Assembly: GCF_963921235.1 (NCBI RefSeq)
Contig: NC_086108.1
Location: 9,238,001-9,302,000 of the forward strand
Direction: 5' to 3'
Length of the DNA: 64,000 nt
From: Mobula hypostoma
Lineage: Eukaryota
Shown: positions 36,893 through 48,041 of the stretch, piece by piece
Numbering within the stretch: the stretch's first letter is position 1
How the letters are laid out: each line of letters begins with the position of its first letter
Position numbers and translations under genes: made by a program
Notes under the pieces: model-generated
What the model was told of the DNA's origin: nothing
The model's database searches: none
Seen by the model: the letters and a program-made list of their open reading frames with translations, nothing else

Positions 36893-38478
36893 GATATAAT
36901 GCGAAGAGTAGCGGTGACCATGCACAACCCTGTCTCGTGCCCCTTTCTAGGGGAAAACTATTTGATAAATATCCATTGATTTTAATCCTAGCAGTAGGGT
37001 TGTCATATAGTGCCTGTATAATTTTAATAATTGTGTCATGGAAACTAAATCTATGTAAAACTCTGTAAAAAAAATTCCAATTAACCGAATCAAATGCCTT
37101 TTTAGCGTCTATGCTTATCACTATTGCTTCGATTTTTTTTTTGTATATGATCCATAATGTGAAGTGTCCTTCGTATATTGTCTTGTGTTTGGCGTTGTTG
37201 TATAAAAACCTGTCTGATCCTTATGTATCAGTATGGGTAGAAACTCTTCTAATCGTTTGGCCATGATGGAGGTAAATAATCTATAATCTACATTAAGAAT
37301 GGATATTGGTCTAAATGAACCACATTCCATTTTATCCTTGCCTCCTTTCGGTATAGCTGGGATTAACGCTTCCTTCCAGCTGGGTGGTATTTGTGCCTTT
37401 TTTAGAGCCCAGTTCAGTGTGGGGTGTAAGGCAGGAATTAACTAATTTTTAAATTCTTTGTACCACTCTGCTGTATACCCATCTGAACCTGGTGACTTGC
37501 TTAATTTAAGCCTACTAATTGCAGCTTTTAGTTCAACTTCAGTTATGTCAGCAGTCATTGTTCTATTTTGTTCTTCGCTTAAAGTGGGTAACTCCAGAGA
37601 ATTCAGGAAAGTGTCAATTTGGGTTACGCTTCCCCTGGAACTTTGGAATATAGAGTTTTGTAAAACACTTCAAAAGCTTCTTGAATTTCACTTAGCTTAT
37701 TTTTTTTATCATTTTTGTTCTTCGATCCCTAATTCTATGAATTGTATTTTTTGCTATCTTTTTCTTCAGTTTTCACGCCAGTATTTTCATAGACTCAGAT
37801 CCACTCTCATAATGTCTCTGTTTCAGAAACATTAAATTTTTCCTGATTTCTTGCGTAGCCAAATTATTAATTTCATTCGTAATTTAAAAAATTTCCTCTA
37901 ATGTATCCTGTGCCAAATTCAATTTGTGTTTTTTTCTAGTTCCTTCAGCCTATTTTGTAATTCCTCTAATGTTTTATTCCTTATTTTTTTCTTATATGAA
38001 GATATTGCAATAATTTTCCCTCTTAAGACGGCCTTCGGAGTATCCCATAGAATGGGAAGTGAAACCTCTCCATTATCATTGAATTCTAAGTAAAGACCAA
38101 TTTCTTTTTTAATTTGTTCCTTAAGGTAGGGATCATTGAGTAGACTTGAATTTAGTTTCCAAATAGTATTCTTTGGTTGTAGGTCAAAATCAACAGATAA
38201 ATATATAAGTGCGTGGTCACTTACATCTATTGTCCCAATTCCACAGGTGTTTATTTTGTCTTTGACTTTTCCAAATGTTATGAGATAGTCTATTCTTGTA
38301 TATACAGAAGGGGGGGGGGCAGAATAATGAGTGTAATCCCTTCTGTCGGGGGAAAGATCCCTCCATATATCAATTAAACCAATATCTCAAAAAGTGTGTT
38401 AACTCTCTTATGTAAGGATTTTGTTTCATAGGTTTTTCGACTGGAAGAATCTAACTTTGGTTGTAATTGTAAATTTAA

Positions 38479-41400
38479 TTCGGAGGTAATTCGGAGAAGG
38501 AAGTCTGAGAATTGGAGCGGGAGTGCGGAGGAAGCCATTTTTGAATTTTTCGGTTCTTTTTCATCGGTGTTCAGAGAGGCAGGACTGCGCAGGCGTGTGA
38601 CGTCGGGGAGTGAAGCGTGGAAGATTTAAAAGGAGCAGAGTGAAGGCTTAAGGGCTTCGGCTTAACGGGCTTAGGCAGAAATGGGCGAGGCTAAGAGGGT
38701 TTGTTATTCATTTTTTGTTGTTATTTGAAGAGAGGGGAAGTATGAGTGTGAGGGCAGTTTGTTGTTCTCGGTGCCGGATGTGGGAGGTCCTGGAGTCTCC
38801 AAGCCTCCCGGACGTCCACATCTGCGCCAGGTGTGCCGAGATGCAGCTCCTAAGGGACCGCGTTACGGAACTGGAGCTGCAGCTCGATGACCTTTGTCTG
38901 GTCAGGGAGAGTGAGGAGTTGATAGAGAGGAGTTACAGGCAGGTGGTCACACCGGGGCCACTGGAGGCAGACAAGTGGGTCATGGCTAGGAGGGGGAAGA
39001 GGAAGAGTTAGGTAACAGAGGGTACCCCAGTGGCTGTGCCCCTTGACAATAGGTACTCCTGTTTGAGTACTGTTGGAGGGAGATAGCTTACCTGGGGGAA
39101 GCAACAGTGGCCGTGCCTCCAGCACAGAGTCCGGCCCTGTAGCTCAGGAGGGTAGGGAAAGGAAGAGGAGGGCAGTAGTAATAAGGGACTCGATAGTAAG
39201 GGGGTCAGGTAGGTGATTCTGTGGACGCAGTCCAGAGACCTGGATGGTAGTTTGCCTCCCTGGTGCCAGGGTCCGGGATGTTTCTGATCACGTCCAAGAT
39301 ATCCTGAAGTGGGAGGGAGAGGAGCCAGAGGACGTGGTACATATAGGTACTAATGACATAGGTAGGAAAAGGGGAGAGGTCCTGAAAGGAGAATATAGGG
39401 AGTTAGGAAGGGAGTTGAGAAAAAGGACGGCAAAGGTAGTAATCTCGGGATTACTGCCTGTGCCACGCGACAGTGAGAGTAGGAATGGAATGAGGTGGAG
39501 GATAAATGCATGGCTGAGGGATTGGAGCAGGGGGCAGGGATTCAAGTTTTTGGATCATTGGGACCTCTTTTGGCACAGGTGTGACCTGTACAAAAAGGAC
39601 AGGTTACACTTGAATCCTAGGGGGACCAATATCCTGGTGGGGAGATTTGCGAGGGCTACTGAGGTGACTTTAAACTAGAATTGTTGGGGGGGGTGGGAGT
39701 CAAATTAAAGAGACTAGGAGAGAGGAGGTTAGTTCACAAATAGAGAAAGCTAGTAGACAGTGTGTGAGGGAGTATAGACAGGGGACAGAGATCAGGAGCA
39801 CTCAGACCAAAGATGTAGGGGACAAGGAAGAAAAAGATAACAAAGTTGTTTGCTCTATTAAGGATAAAAAGAGAGTAAGTGGTGGAGAGTTTCTTAAATG
39901 CATCTATTTTAATGCTAGGAGCATTGTAGGAAAGATGGATGAGCTTAGAGCATGGATTGATATCTGGAAATAAGATGTTGTAGCTACTAGTGAAACGTGG
40001 TTGCAGGAGGGGTGTGATTGGCAACTAAATAGTCCAGGATTTCGTTGTTTCAGGTGTGATAGAATAGGAGGGGCAAGAGGGGGAGGTGTTTCATTGCTTG
40101 TCAGAGAAAATATAACAGCGGTCCTCTGGCACGATAGATTAGTGGACTCCTCCAGGGAGGCTATTTGGGTGGAATTGAGGAATGGGAAAGGTGTAGTAAC
40201 ACTTATGGGGGTGTATTATAGACCACCTAATGGGGACCGAGAACTGGAGGAGCAAATTTGTAAGGAGATAGCAGATATTTGTAGTAAGCACAAGGTTGTG
40301 ATTGTGGGAGATTTTAATTTTTCACACATAGACTGGAAAGCCCATTCTGTAAAAGGGCTGGATGGTTTGGAATTTGTCAAATGTGTGCAAGATAGTTTTC
40401 TGCAGCAATACATAGAGGTACCAACTAGAGAAGGGGCAGTGTTGGATCTCCTGTTAGGGAATGAGATAGGGCAGGTGACGGAGGTATGTGTTGGGGAGCA
40501 CTTCGGGTCCAGTGATCACAATACCATTAGTTTCAATATAATTATGCAGCATCTCCAAGTTTGCGGATGACATGAAGCTGGGTGGCAGTGTTAGCTGTGA
40601 GGAGGATGCTAAGAGGATTCAGGGTGACTTGGATAGGTTGGGTGAGTGGGCAAATTCATGGCAGATGCAATTTAATGTGGATAAATGTGAAGTTATCCAC
40701 TTTGGTGGCAAAAATAGGAAACCAGATTATTATCTGAATGGTGGCCGATTAGGAAAAGGGGAGGTGCAATGAGACCTGGGTGTCATTATACACCAGTCAT
40801 TGAAAGTGGGCATGCAGGTACAGCAGGCGGTGAAAAAGGCGAATGGTATGCTGGCATTTATAGCGAGAGGATTCGAGTACAGGAGCAGGGAGGTACTACT
40901 GCAGTTGTACAAGGCCTTGGTGAGACCACACCTGGAGTATTGTGTGCTAATCTGAGGAAAGACATCTTTGCCACAGAGGGAGTACAAAGAAGGTTCACCA
41001 GATTGATTCCTGGGATGGCAGGACTTTCATATGAAGAAAGACTGGATGAACTGGGCTTGTACTCGTTGGAATTTAGAAGATTGAGGGGGGATCTGATTGA
41101 AACGTATAAGATCCTAAAGGGATTGGACAGGCTAGATGCAGGAAGATTGTTCCCGATGTTGGGGAAGTCCAGAACGAGGGGTCACTGTTTGAGGATAGAG
41201 GGGAAGCCTTTTAGGACCGAGATTAGGAGAAACTTCTTCACACAGAGAGTGGTGAATCTGTGGAATTCTCTGCCATAGGAAACAGTTGAGGCCAGTTCAT
41301 TGGCTATATTTAAGAGGGAGTTAGATATGGCCCTTGTGGCTACGGGGGTCAGGGGGTATGGAGGGAAGGCTGGGGCGGGGTTCTGAGTTGGATGATCAGC

Positions 41401-43698
41401 CATGATCATAATAAATGGCGGTGCAGGCTCGAAGGGCCGAATGGCCTACTCCTGCACCTATTTTCTATGTTTCTATGTTTCTATAATTATGGAGAAGGAT
41501 AGGACTGGACCCAGGGTTGAGATTTTTGATTGGAGAAAGGCTAACTTTGAGGAGATGCGAAGGGATTTAGAAGGAGTGGAAAGGGACAATTTGTTTTATG
41601 GGAAGGTTGTAATAGAGAAATGGAAGTCATTTAAAGGTGAAATTTTGAGGGTACAGAATCTTTATGTTCCTGTTAGTTGAAAGGAAAGGTTAAAAGTTTC
41701 AGAGAGCCATGATTTTCAAGGGATATAGGAAACTTGGTTCGGAAAAAGAGAGGGATTTACAATAAATATAGGCAGCTTGGAGTTAATGAGGTGCTGGAGG
41801 AATATAAAGAATGTAAAAAGAATCTTAAGAAAGAAATTAGAAAAGCTAAAAGAAGATACGAGGCAGCTTTAGCAAGTAAGGTGAAAATAAATCCAAAGGA
41901 TTTCTACGGTTATATAAATAGCAAAAGGATAGTGAGGGATAAAATTGGTCCCTTAGAGAATCAGAGTGGACGGCTATGTGCGGAGCCAAAAGAGATGGGG
42001 GAGATTTTGAACAATTTCTTTTCTTCGGTATTCACTAAGGAGAAGGATATTGAATTGTGTAAGGTAAAGGAAGGGTAGTTATGGAAAGTATGATGATTAA
42101 AGAAGAGGAAGTACTGGCGCTTTTAAGGAATATAAAAGTGGCTAAGTCTCCGGGTCCTGACAGAATATTCCTTTGGACCTTGAAGGAAGTTAGTTTGGAA
42201 ATAGCAGGGGCTCTGACAGGAATATTTCAAATGTCGTTAGAAACGGGGATGGTGCCGGAGAATTGGCGTATTGCTCATGTGCTTCCATTGTTTAAAAAGG
42301 ATTCTAAGAGTAAACCTAGCAATTATCGGCCTGTGAGTTTGACGTGAGTGGTGGGTAAAGTATTCTTAGAGATGGTATATATAATTATCTGGATAGACAG
42401 GGTCTGATTAGGAATAGTCAACATGGATTTGTGCGTGGAAGGTCATGTTTGACAAATCTTACTGAATTTTTTGATGAGGTTACTAGGAAAGTTGACGAAG
42501 GTAAGGCGGTGGATGTTGTCTATATGGACTTCAGTAAGGCCTTTGACAAGGTTCCACTCGGAAGGTTAGTTAGGAAGGTTCAGTTGTTAGGCATTAATAT
42601 CAAAGTAGTAAAATGGATTGAGCAGTGGCTGGATGGGAGACACCAGAGAGTAGTGGTGGATAACTGTGTGTCAGATTGGAGGAGGGTGTGTAGCGGTGTG
42701 TCTCAGGGATCTGTACTGGGTCCAATGTTGTTTGTCATATATATTAATGATCTGGATGATGGGGTGGTAAATTGGATTAGTAAGTATGCAGATTATACTA
42801 AGATATGTGGCGTTGTGGATAATGAAGTAGGTTTTCAAAGCTTGCAGAGAGATTTAGGCCAGTTAGAAGAGTGGGCTGAAAGATGGCAGATGGAGTTTAA
42901 TGCTGAAAAATGTGAGGTGCTACGTTTTGGTAGGACTAATCAAAACAGGACATACATGGTAAATGGTAGGGCATTGAAGAATGCTATAGAACAGAGGGAT
43001 CTAGGAATAATGGTGCATAGTTCCCTGAAGGTGGAATCTCATGTGGATAGGGTGGTGAAGAAAGCTTTTGGTATGCTGGCCTTTATTAATCAGAGCATTG
43101 AGTATAAGAGTTGGGATGTAATGTTGAAATTGTATAAGGCATTGGTAAGGCCAAATTTGGAGTATTGTGTACAGTTCTGGTCACGGAATTATAGGAAAGA
43201 TGTCAATAAAATTGAGAGAGTACAGAGGAGGTTTACTAAAATGTTGCCTGGGTTTCATCTCCTAAGTTACAGAGAAAGGTTGAACAAGTTAGGTCTTTAT
43301 TCTTTGGAGCGTAGAAGGTTGATAGGGGACTTGATAGAGGTGTTTAAAATTATGAGGGGGATTAATAGAGTTGACATGGATAGGCTTTTTCCATTGAGAG
43401 TGGGGGAGATTCAAACAAGAGGACATGAGTTGAGAGTTAAAGGGCAAAAGTTTAGGGGTAACATGAGGGGGAACTTCTTTACTCAGAGAGTAGTAGCTGT
43501 GTGGAACGAGATTCCAGCCGAAGTGGTTGAGGCAGGTTCGATGTTGACATTCAAAGTTAAATTGGATAGCTATATGGACAGGAAGGGAATGAAGGGTTAT
43601 GGACCGAGTGCAGGTCGGTGGGACTAGGTGAGAGTAAGAGTTCGGTATGGACACGAAGGGCCGAGAAGGCCTGTTTCCGTGCTGTAATTGTTATATGG
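38479..43698 (+). mobile_element. Full-length CR1 LINE: ORF1 (zinc finger plus SGNH esterase, about 38742-39678) and ORF2 (APE-RT, about 39900-43627), disrupted by stops
   Basis: ORF1 CSRCRMW...CARC, CLPGARV, HIGTNDIG, DRLHLN. ORF2 NARSI, YYRPPN, GDFN, SDHN, DFSKAFDKV. TTAA duplicated at 38475-38478 and 43699-43702. Confidence 0.95.
40547..41481 (+). mobile_element. CR1 3' fragment nested in the CR1; same subfamily as 921-3380
   Basis: 10-bp TSD TATAATTATG at 40537-40546 and 41482-41491. Nearly identical to about 2444-3380. Confidence 0.93.
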
Positions 43699-46306
43699 TT
43701 AAGTCTCCCCCACATATCAGGAGACCGTCTGTTTCTGTTACCATAATATTAGTAATTTTCTGAAAGAAACTAATATTACTTCCTGGGTGTGTGTATATAT
43801 TCAATAGAGTAACTGAATTTCCATCTATATTCCCCCTAACCAGAATATATCTGCCCTCCTTATCTCCCATTTCGAATATTTTTTCAAAATTTAACTTGCT
43901 TGAGATAAGAATGGCAACTCCTCTCCTATGTCCTGATTTATATGAGGAGAAAAACAAATTAGTAAAGCCCATTCTCTTTAGTTTTCCATGCTCATTATCA
44001 CTTAAGTGAATTTCCTGTAAATATACTACATGGGCTTGTTCTTTTTCATTTTGGATAGAATTTTACTGCATTTGATTGGATTTAACAGCCCATTGACATT
44101 GAAAGAAATGAATTTTACTTTGTCCTTAGCCACGTGTATTTATCTGTTAATATATCATTGAAATTAGCAGAATAAAACTTAAATCGATCTACTCCCTGAA
44201 CAAATAAGAACTAAGAAACGCGAATAATAAAAAAAAGGCAACAAAGGTGTGATTTCAAGGCTGAGGTTCAAGGCTTAGATGACCCTTGGTTGAGCTAGAG
44301 GAAACATCTAGCCATGGGGGATAGCCCCTCCTCCCTGTGAGTTGGGGGCCCACATTACAGTACCCATAAAAGGAAGTGAACAAGTCTATGTCCATTACAC
44401 AGAAAAAATTTCCCTGTGTATTCCTCCCATATATATATTCTCATTTAGGTGGGGAAAATAGAGTGAATGAATGAATAAAAAAATTGAGTAATATAAAATC
44501 CATATTATAATAAGTATTTCTTGAAATAGGTATAGCACCGTCTATTTTTGCTTCCGTTTATCTTATCAACACTTTTAAAGTTAGCCAAACCTTATGGCTC
44601 TTCTGGAGGGGGTGAGGGCTGTCTTCGGAAAACTCACAGTCTCATCCTGATATTCTGTCGCCCTCCTCCCGTCCCCTGCTTTCTCGGCTTTCTTACTATT
44701 TCCCAAGCAGATCGGGATAACTGCTCAGCCAGGCTTTCCCTCGGTTTGATCACACTGACGGGCAGCCCTCTGTTCCTCATGTCTGAAGTCGCCTCTTCCA
44801 CTGTCTGATACAGTTGCATGCCATCTTCATAGAACACGCGCAATTTAGCAGGGTACGGAGTTTGGAATCTAATCTTTCCTTGCTTTAATATTCACTTAAC
44901 TGCAGAGTATTCTTTACATTTCTGTAGGACCGCCGGGGGGTTAATCTTGATCGAAATATATTAATTTCCCGTCCAAAAACACCCTCTTCTTACCCCAGGC
45001 CATTCGTAGAATCTCCGCCTTGGTATTGTATCGAAGGAATCTAATTACTATTGAGCGTGGCTTATCTTCTCTGTCTTCAGTAGGCCTCGGGACGAGCACA
45101 TGATGTGCCCTCTCAATTTCAAGCTCCGTAGTGGAGGGAATCTCTAGCGCGTCCCACAGCAACTTTCCTACAAACTCCATCATAGACAAACCCTCCGCTC
45201 CTTCGGGAACATTGTATATTCTGATATTTTTCCGTTGTGATCATCCCTCCTGGTCAGTCAGTTTATTTTCTTGTTGATTTAATATCTTTATCATATTACT
45301 TAGTATCCATTCCACGTTTTGCACGCGATCTTCCACCTTCTCAATTCTAGTCTCTGCCACCACTATTTTTGATTTGACATTGGTGAGCTCTGACTTGAAT
45401 AATCGAGTTGCTGTTTTATATCTTTTTGGAATCCTTGTATCTCTTCCAGAATTTTTATCATATTTGTGCTTCGCCTGAACAAGGCCCATCGTCAGCCTCG
45501 CTAGCGCGTGTTTGGGTAGGAGAGCCGCGCATTGCACCTCTCTCGTCCATAGGCTCCGCAGTGATGCTTTTTTTATCTCCATTCTTTTTCCTCATTCTTG
45601 CCCCCCCCTATCAATTCAGATATTTTCGAAAGATCTTATATTTGATGGATTAACGGGGCAATATATGTGTTTTTCCGGAGGAGCAATTGATTTAAGCTGC
45701 CATTCTGGACAATGATGTCACCGGAACCGAAAGATCATTTCTAATGCCAGCACAATCTCTAACGCTACCTCTTTCAGAACCCTAGGGTGCAGTTCCTCTG
45801 GTCCGGGTGACTTATGTACTTTAGTTCTTTCAGCTTTTTGAGCATCTTCTCTCTTGTAACAGTAACTTCTCTTCCTTCACGCACTACAACATCAGGCATA
45901 CTGCTGGTGTTTTCCACAGTGAAGACTGACACAGAATACTCATTTAGTTCATCAGCCATCTCCTCGTCCCCCATTATTATTTCTCCTGCCAGATCTTCTC
46001 AAACTCCTAATAGAATATAGCTGCTGTTGTGCCTTCTTTGTAACTGCATCAACATGTTGGGTCCAGGATAGATCCTCAGAGATGTTAACACCCAGGAACT
46101 TGAAATTGCTTGCTCTTTCCACTTCTGATCCCTCTATGAGTTCTGGTGTGTGTTCCCTTGTCTTACCATTTTTGAAGTCCACAATCAACTCTGGTCATAT
46201 TGATGCAAACACGAGGAAATCTGAGGATGTTAGAATTTCAAGCAACACACACATCAAAGTTGCTGGTGAACGCAGCAGGCCAGGCAGCATCTCTAGGAAG
46301 AGGTAC

Positions 46307-46342
46307 AGTCGACATTTCAGGCCGAGATCCTTCGTCAGGAAT
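46307..46342 (-). ncRNA. Degenerate minimal hammerhead ribozyme (left arm)
   Basis: Minus strand attc CTGACGA aggatctcggcct GAAA TG TC gact. Confidence 0.6.
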
Positions 46343-46379
46343 AACTGAAAGAAGAGCTGGACTAGCTGTTCTTTCAGTT

Positions 46380-46414
46380 AGTCCTGATGAAGGGTCTCGG
46401 CCCGAAGCATCAAC
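46380..46414 (+). ncRNA. Degenerate minimal hammerhead ribozyme (right arm)
   Basis: agtc CTGATGA a GGGT ctcg GCCC GAAG CA TC aac. Confidence 0.6.
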
Positions 46415-47835
46415 TGTACCTCTTCCTAGAGATGCTGCCTGGCCTGCTGCGTTCACCAGCAACTTTTATGTGTGTTGCTGGTCATACTGATGTTGAGTAC
46501 AAAATTGCTGCTGTGACACCACTCAATCCCTCTCCTATAATCCCTCTTGTCACCATCTAAGATTCTGCCAACAATGGTTGTATCATCAACAAAGTTATGG
46601 ATGGCATTTGAATTCTGCCCATCCTCACAATCATGGGTGTAGAGAGAGTAGAGTAGTTGGCCGAATACACATCTCTAAGGTGTGCCAGTGTCGATTGTCA
46701 GCGAGGTGGAGATATTATTTCCAATCCGAACAGATTGTGGAAATCCCATTATCCCAGTAAATCTGTTCTCCCCACATTCCCATCAACTCCCCCCCTTCCC
46801 CGATTCTATCACTTACCTGCACACTAGGGACAATTGTCAGTGGCCAATTAACCTACTACCCATGGAAGAACCTGGGTTTACAGAGAAAATGTGTGAACTT
46901 CATACACTCACCACCAGAGGTCAGTATTGACCCTGGGTCACTGGGGGTGTGAGGCACCAGTTCTACTGGCTGTGTTCATCATGCATTATAGTTGAAGCTT
47001 GGACTCCTCAGGCAAGATGAACCTTTCTTGCATACAATAGTGTGCTAAAGTCTTAGTGACGCATATATAGCTAGGGTGCCTGAGACCTTTGCACTGTATT
47101 GTATTTGTTAACATGAAGCGGAGAGCAAGTTTGTAAATCTGGTGGGAACTAAGGATGTTGGGAATAGTGAGGGTGGAGTGCCACGGGAGTGGTGGCAGAG
47201 AAAGAGTACCAGGGGCAGGGGGTGGCACGGGTGTAGACATACCCAGCCCTCAGACATAAGGCAAGGTCATTTCATTCCAAACAATTGGTTTATTGATCAT
47301 TACAGAATGTCTCTCTGGTGCTTCCTGCTCCCTCCCCTCTCCCTTCTCCTTTTCCTAACCATGATTCCCCTCTCCCTGTCCCCTTCCCACTCTCAGTCCA
47401 CAACAGAGATCCATATCAGAATCAGGTTTATCATCACTCACATCCGTCATGAAATTTGTTTTTTATATATATATAGCTAGAATACCAAGACTTTTGCAGA
47501 GTACTGTAGCTATATATATATATATAATCTGTATATCTATCTATATATATGCCTAAGACTTGTGCAAAACTGTACTCTTGGTTGCATCTCAGGCTTGGAT
47601 GTCATCAGACTTTCCATCTGATTAAATAAAGTGACACAGCCTGACAGTGCAAAGTTCAGCCCTGAGATACCATGTCTGATAAAGGACTTTTCGATGCAAG
47701 AAATGTATAATGAAACTCAGAGTATTCAGCACCACACAGACTGACTAGTGTGTGCTGGGCTTATACATTTAAAAGCACTTCTCAACTGAAATAAACTGAA
47801 AATTTTACAGGTATTTTTTTACCAATATTTCGTAG

Positions 47836-47960
47836 GTATTAGTCCCCTCCCACAGAAAAGCACTCCTGAGAAAAGTACTGCAAAAAGTGAAAGGAAATGT
47901 GGAGGTCTACAGAAAAGAAGGCGTCTGTCCACAAGGCATTCTCCACAGCAAGTGTTCCAG
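47836..47960 (+). CDS. znf541: ZNF541 orthologue, second coding exon (basic linker)
   Basis: TTTCGTAG acceptor and CAG|GTTAGC donor; 125 nt, phase 1 to phase 0, joining the flanking exons exactly in frame. Encodes (G)ISPLPQKSTPEKSTAKSERKCGGLQKRRRLSTRHSPQQVFQ in a non-repeat island. Confidence 0.75.
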
Positions 47961-48041
47961 GTTAGCATGTAGGACCGGTTATCCCAGTACATGTGGTTTG
48001 AAAACTCAGTACAAATTGGTTTATTATTTGTCACATGTACC

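Larger units (their letters stand above)
32649..45729 (-). mobile_element. Full-length L1-clade LINE (ORF1 about 44640-45595; ORF2 from about 44130), split by two insertions
   Basis: 13-bp TSD AAAGATCATTTCT at 32636-32648 and 45730-45742, poly(A) with AATAAA, and a TT|AGAAA target. ORF1 has IERAH...PRSIVIRFLRY. ORF2 has the APE (EGRY, ICGGDL), RT (RPISILNVD, GTRQG, YADD) and CWRNC...HIFWDC knuckle. Confidence 0.95.
31141..45987 (-). mobile_element. CR1 LINE (5'-truncated), split by the L1
   Basis: RT fragments at 31287-32396(-); the sequence resumes after the L1 TSD at 45730 (MADELNEY...). 3' tail AAGACCATAAGAC at 31141. Confidence 0.9.
46206..46477. mobile_element. Palindromic Penelope pseudo-LTR insertion (inverted arms about 46242-46358 and 46364-46478)
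   Basis: Arms are reverse complements. 15-bp TSD CTGGTCATA(T/C)TGATG at 46191-46205 and 46478-46492. Same sequence as the pLTR at 3826-3975. Confidence 0.9.
30497..46740 (-). mobile_element. Old Rex1/Babar-like LINE; outermost host of the nested cluster
   Basis: 3' part at 30497-31140 (KATSIIKDP) and 5' part from 45988 (FKFLGVNISEDLSWTQHVDAVTKKAQQQLY). The junction GGTGACAT|GCCAGATC is collinear with the related copy at about 62790. Confidence 0.75.

Noticed and set aside
39244..39678. Stand-alone SGNH/GDSL esterase gene
   Set aside because: It is the esterase domain of CR1 ORF1 within a TSD-bounded LINE.
46200..46490. Mirror-image ORFs on both strands, or a pre-miRNA
   Set aside because: Explained by the inverted Penelope pLTR; no independent evidence for coding or miRNA function.
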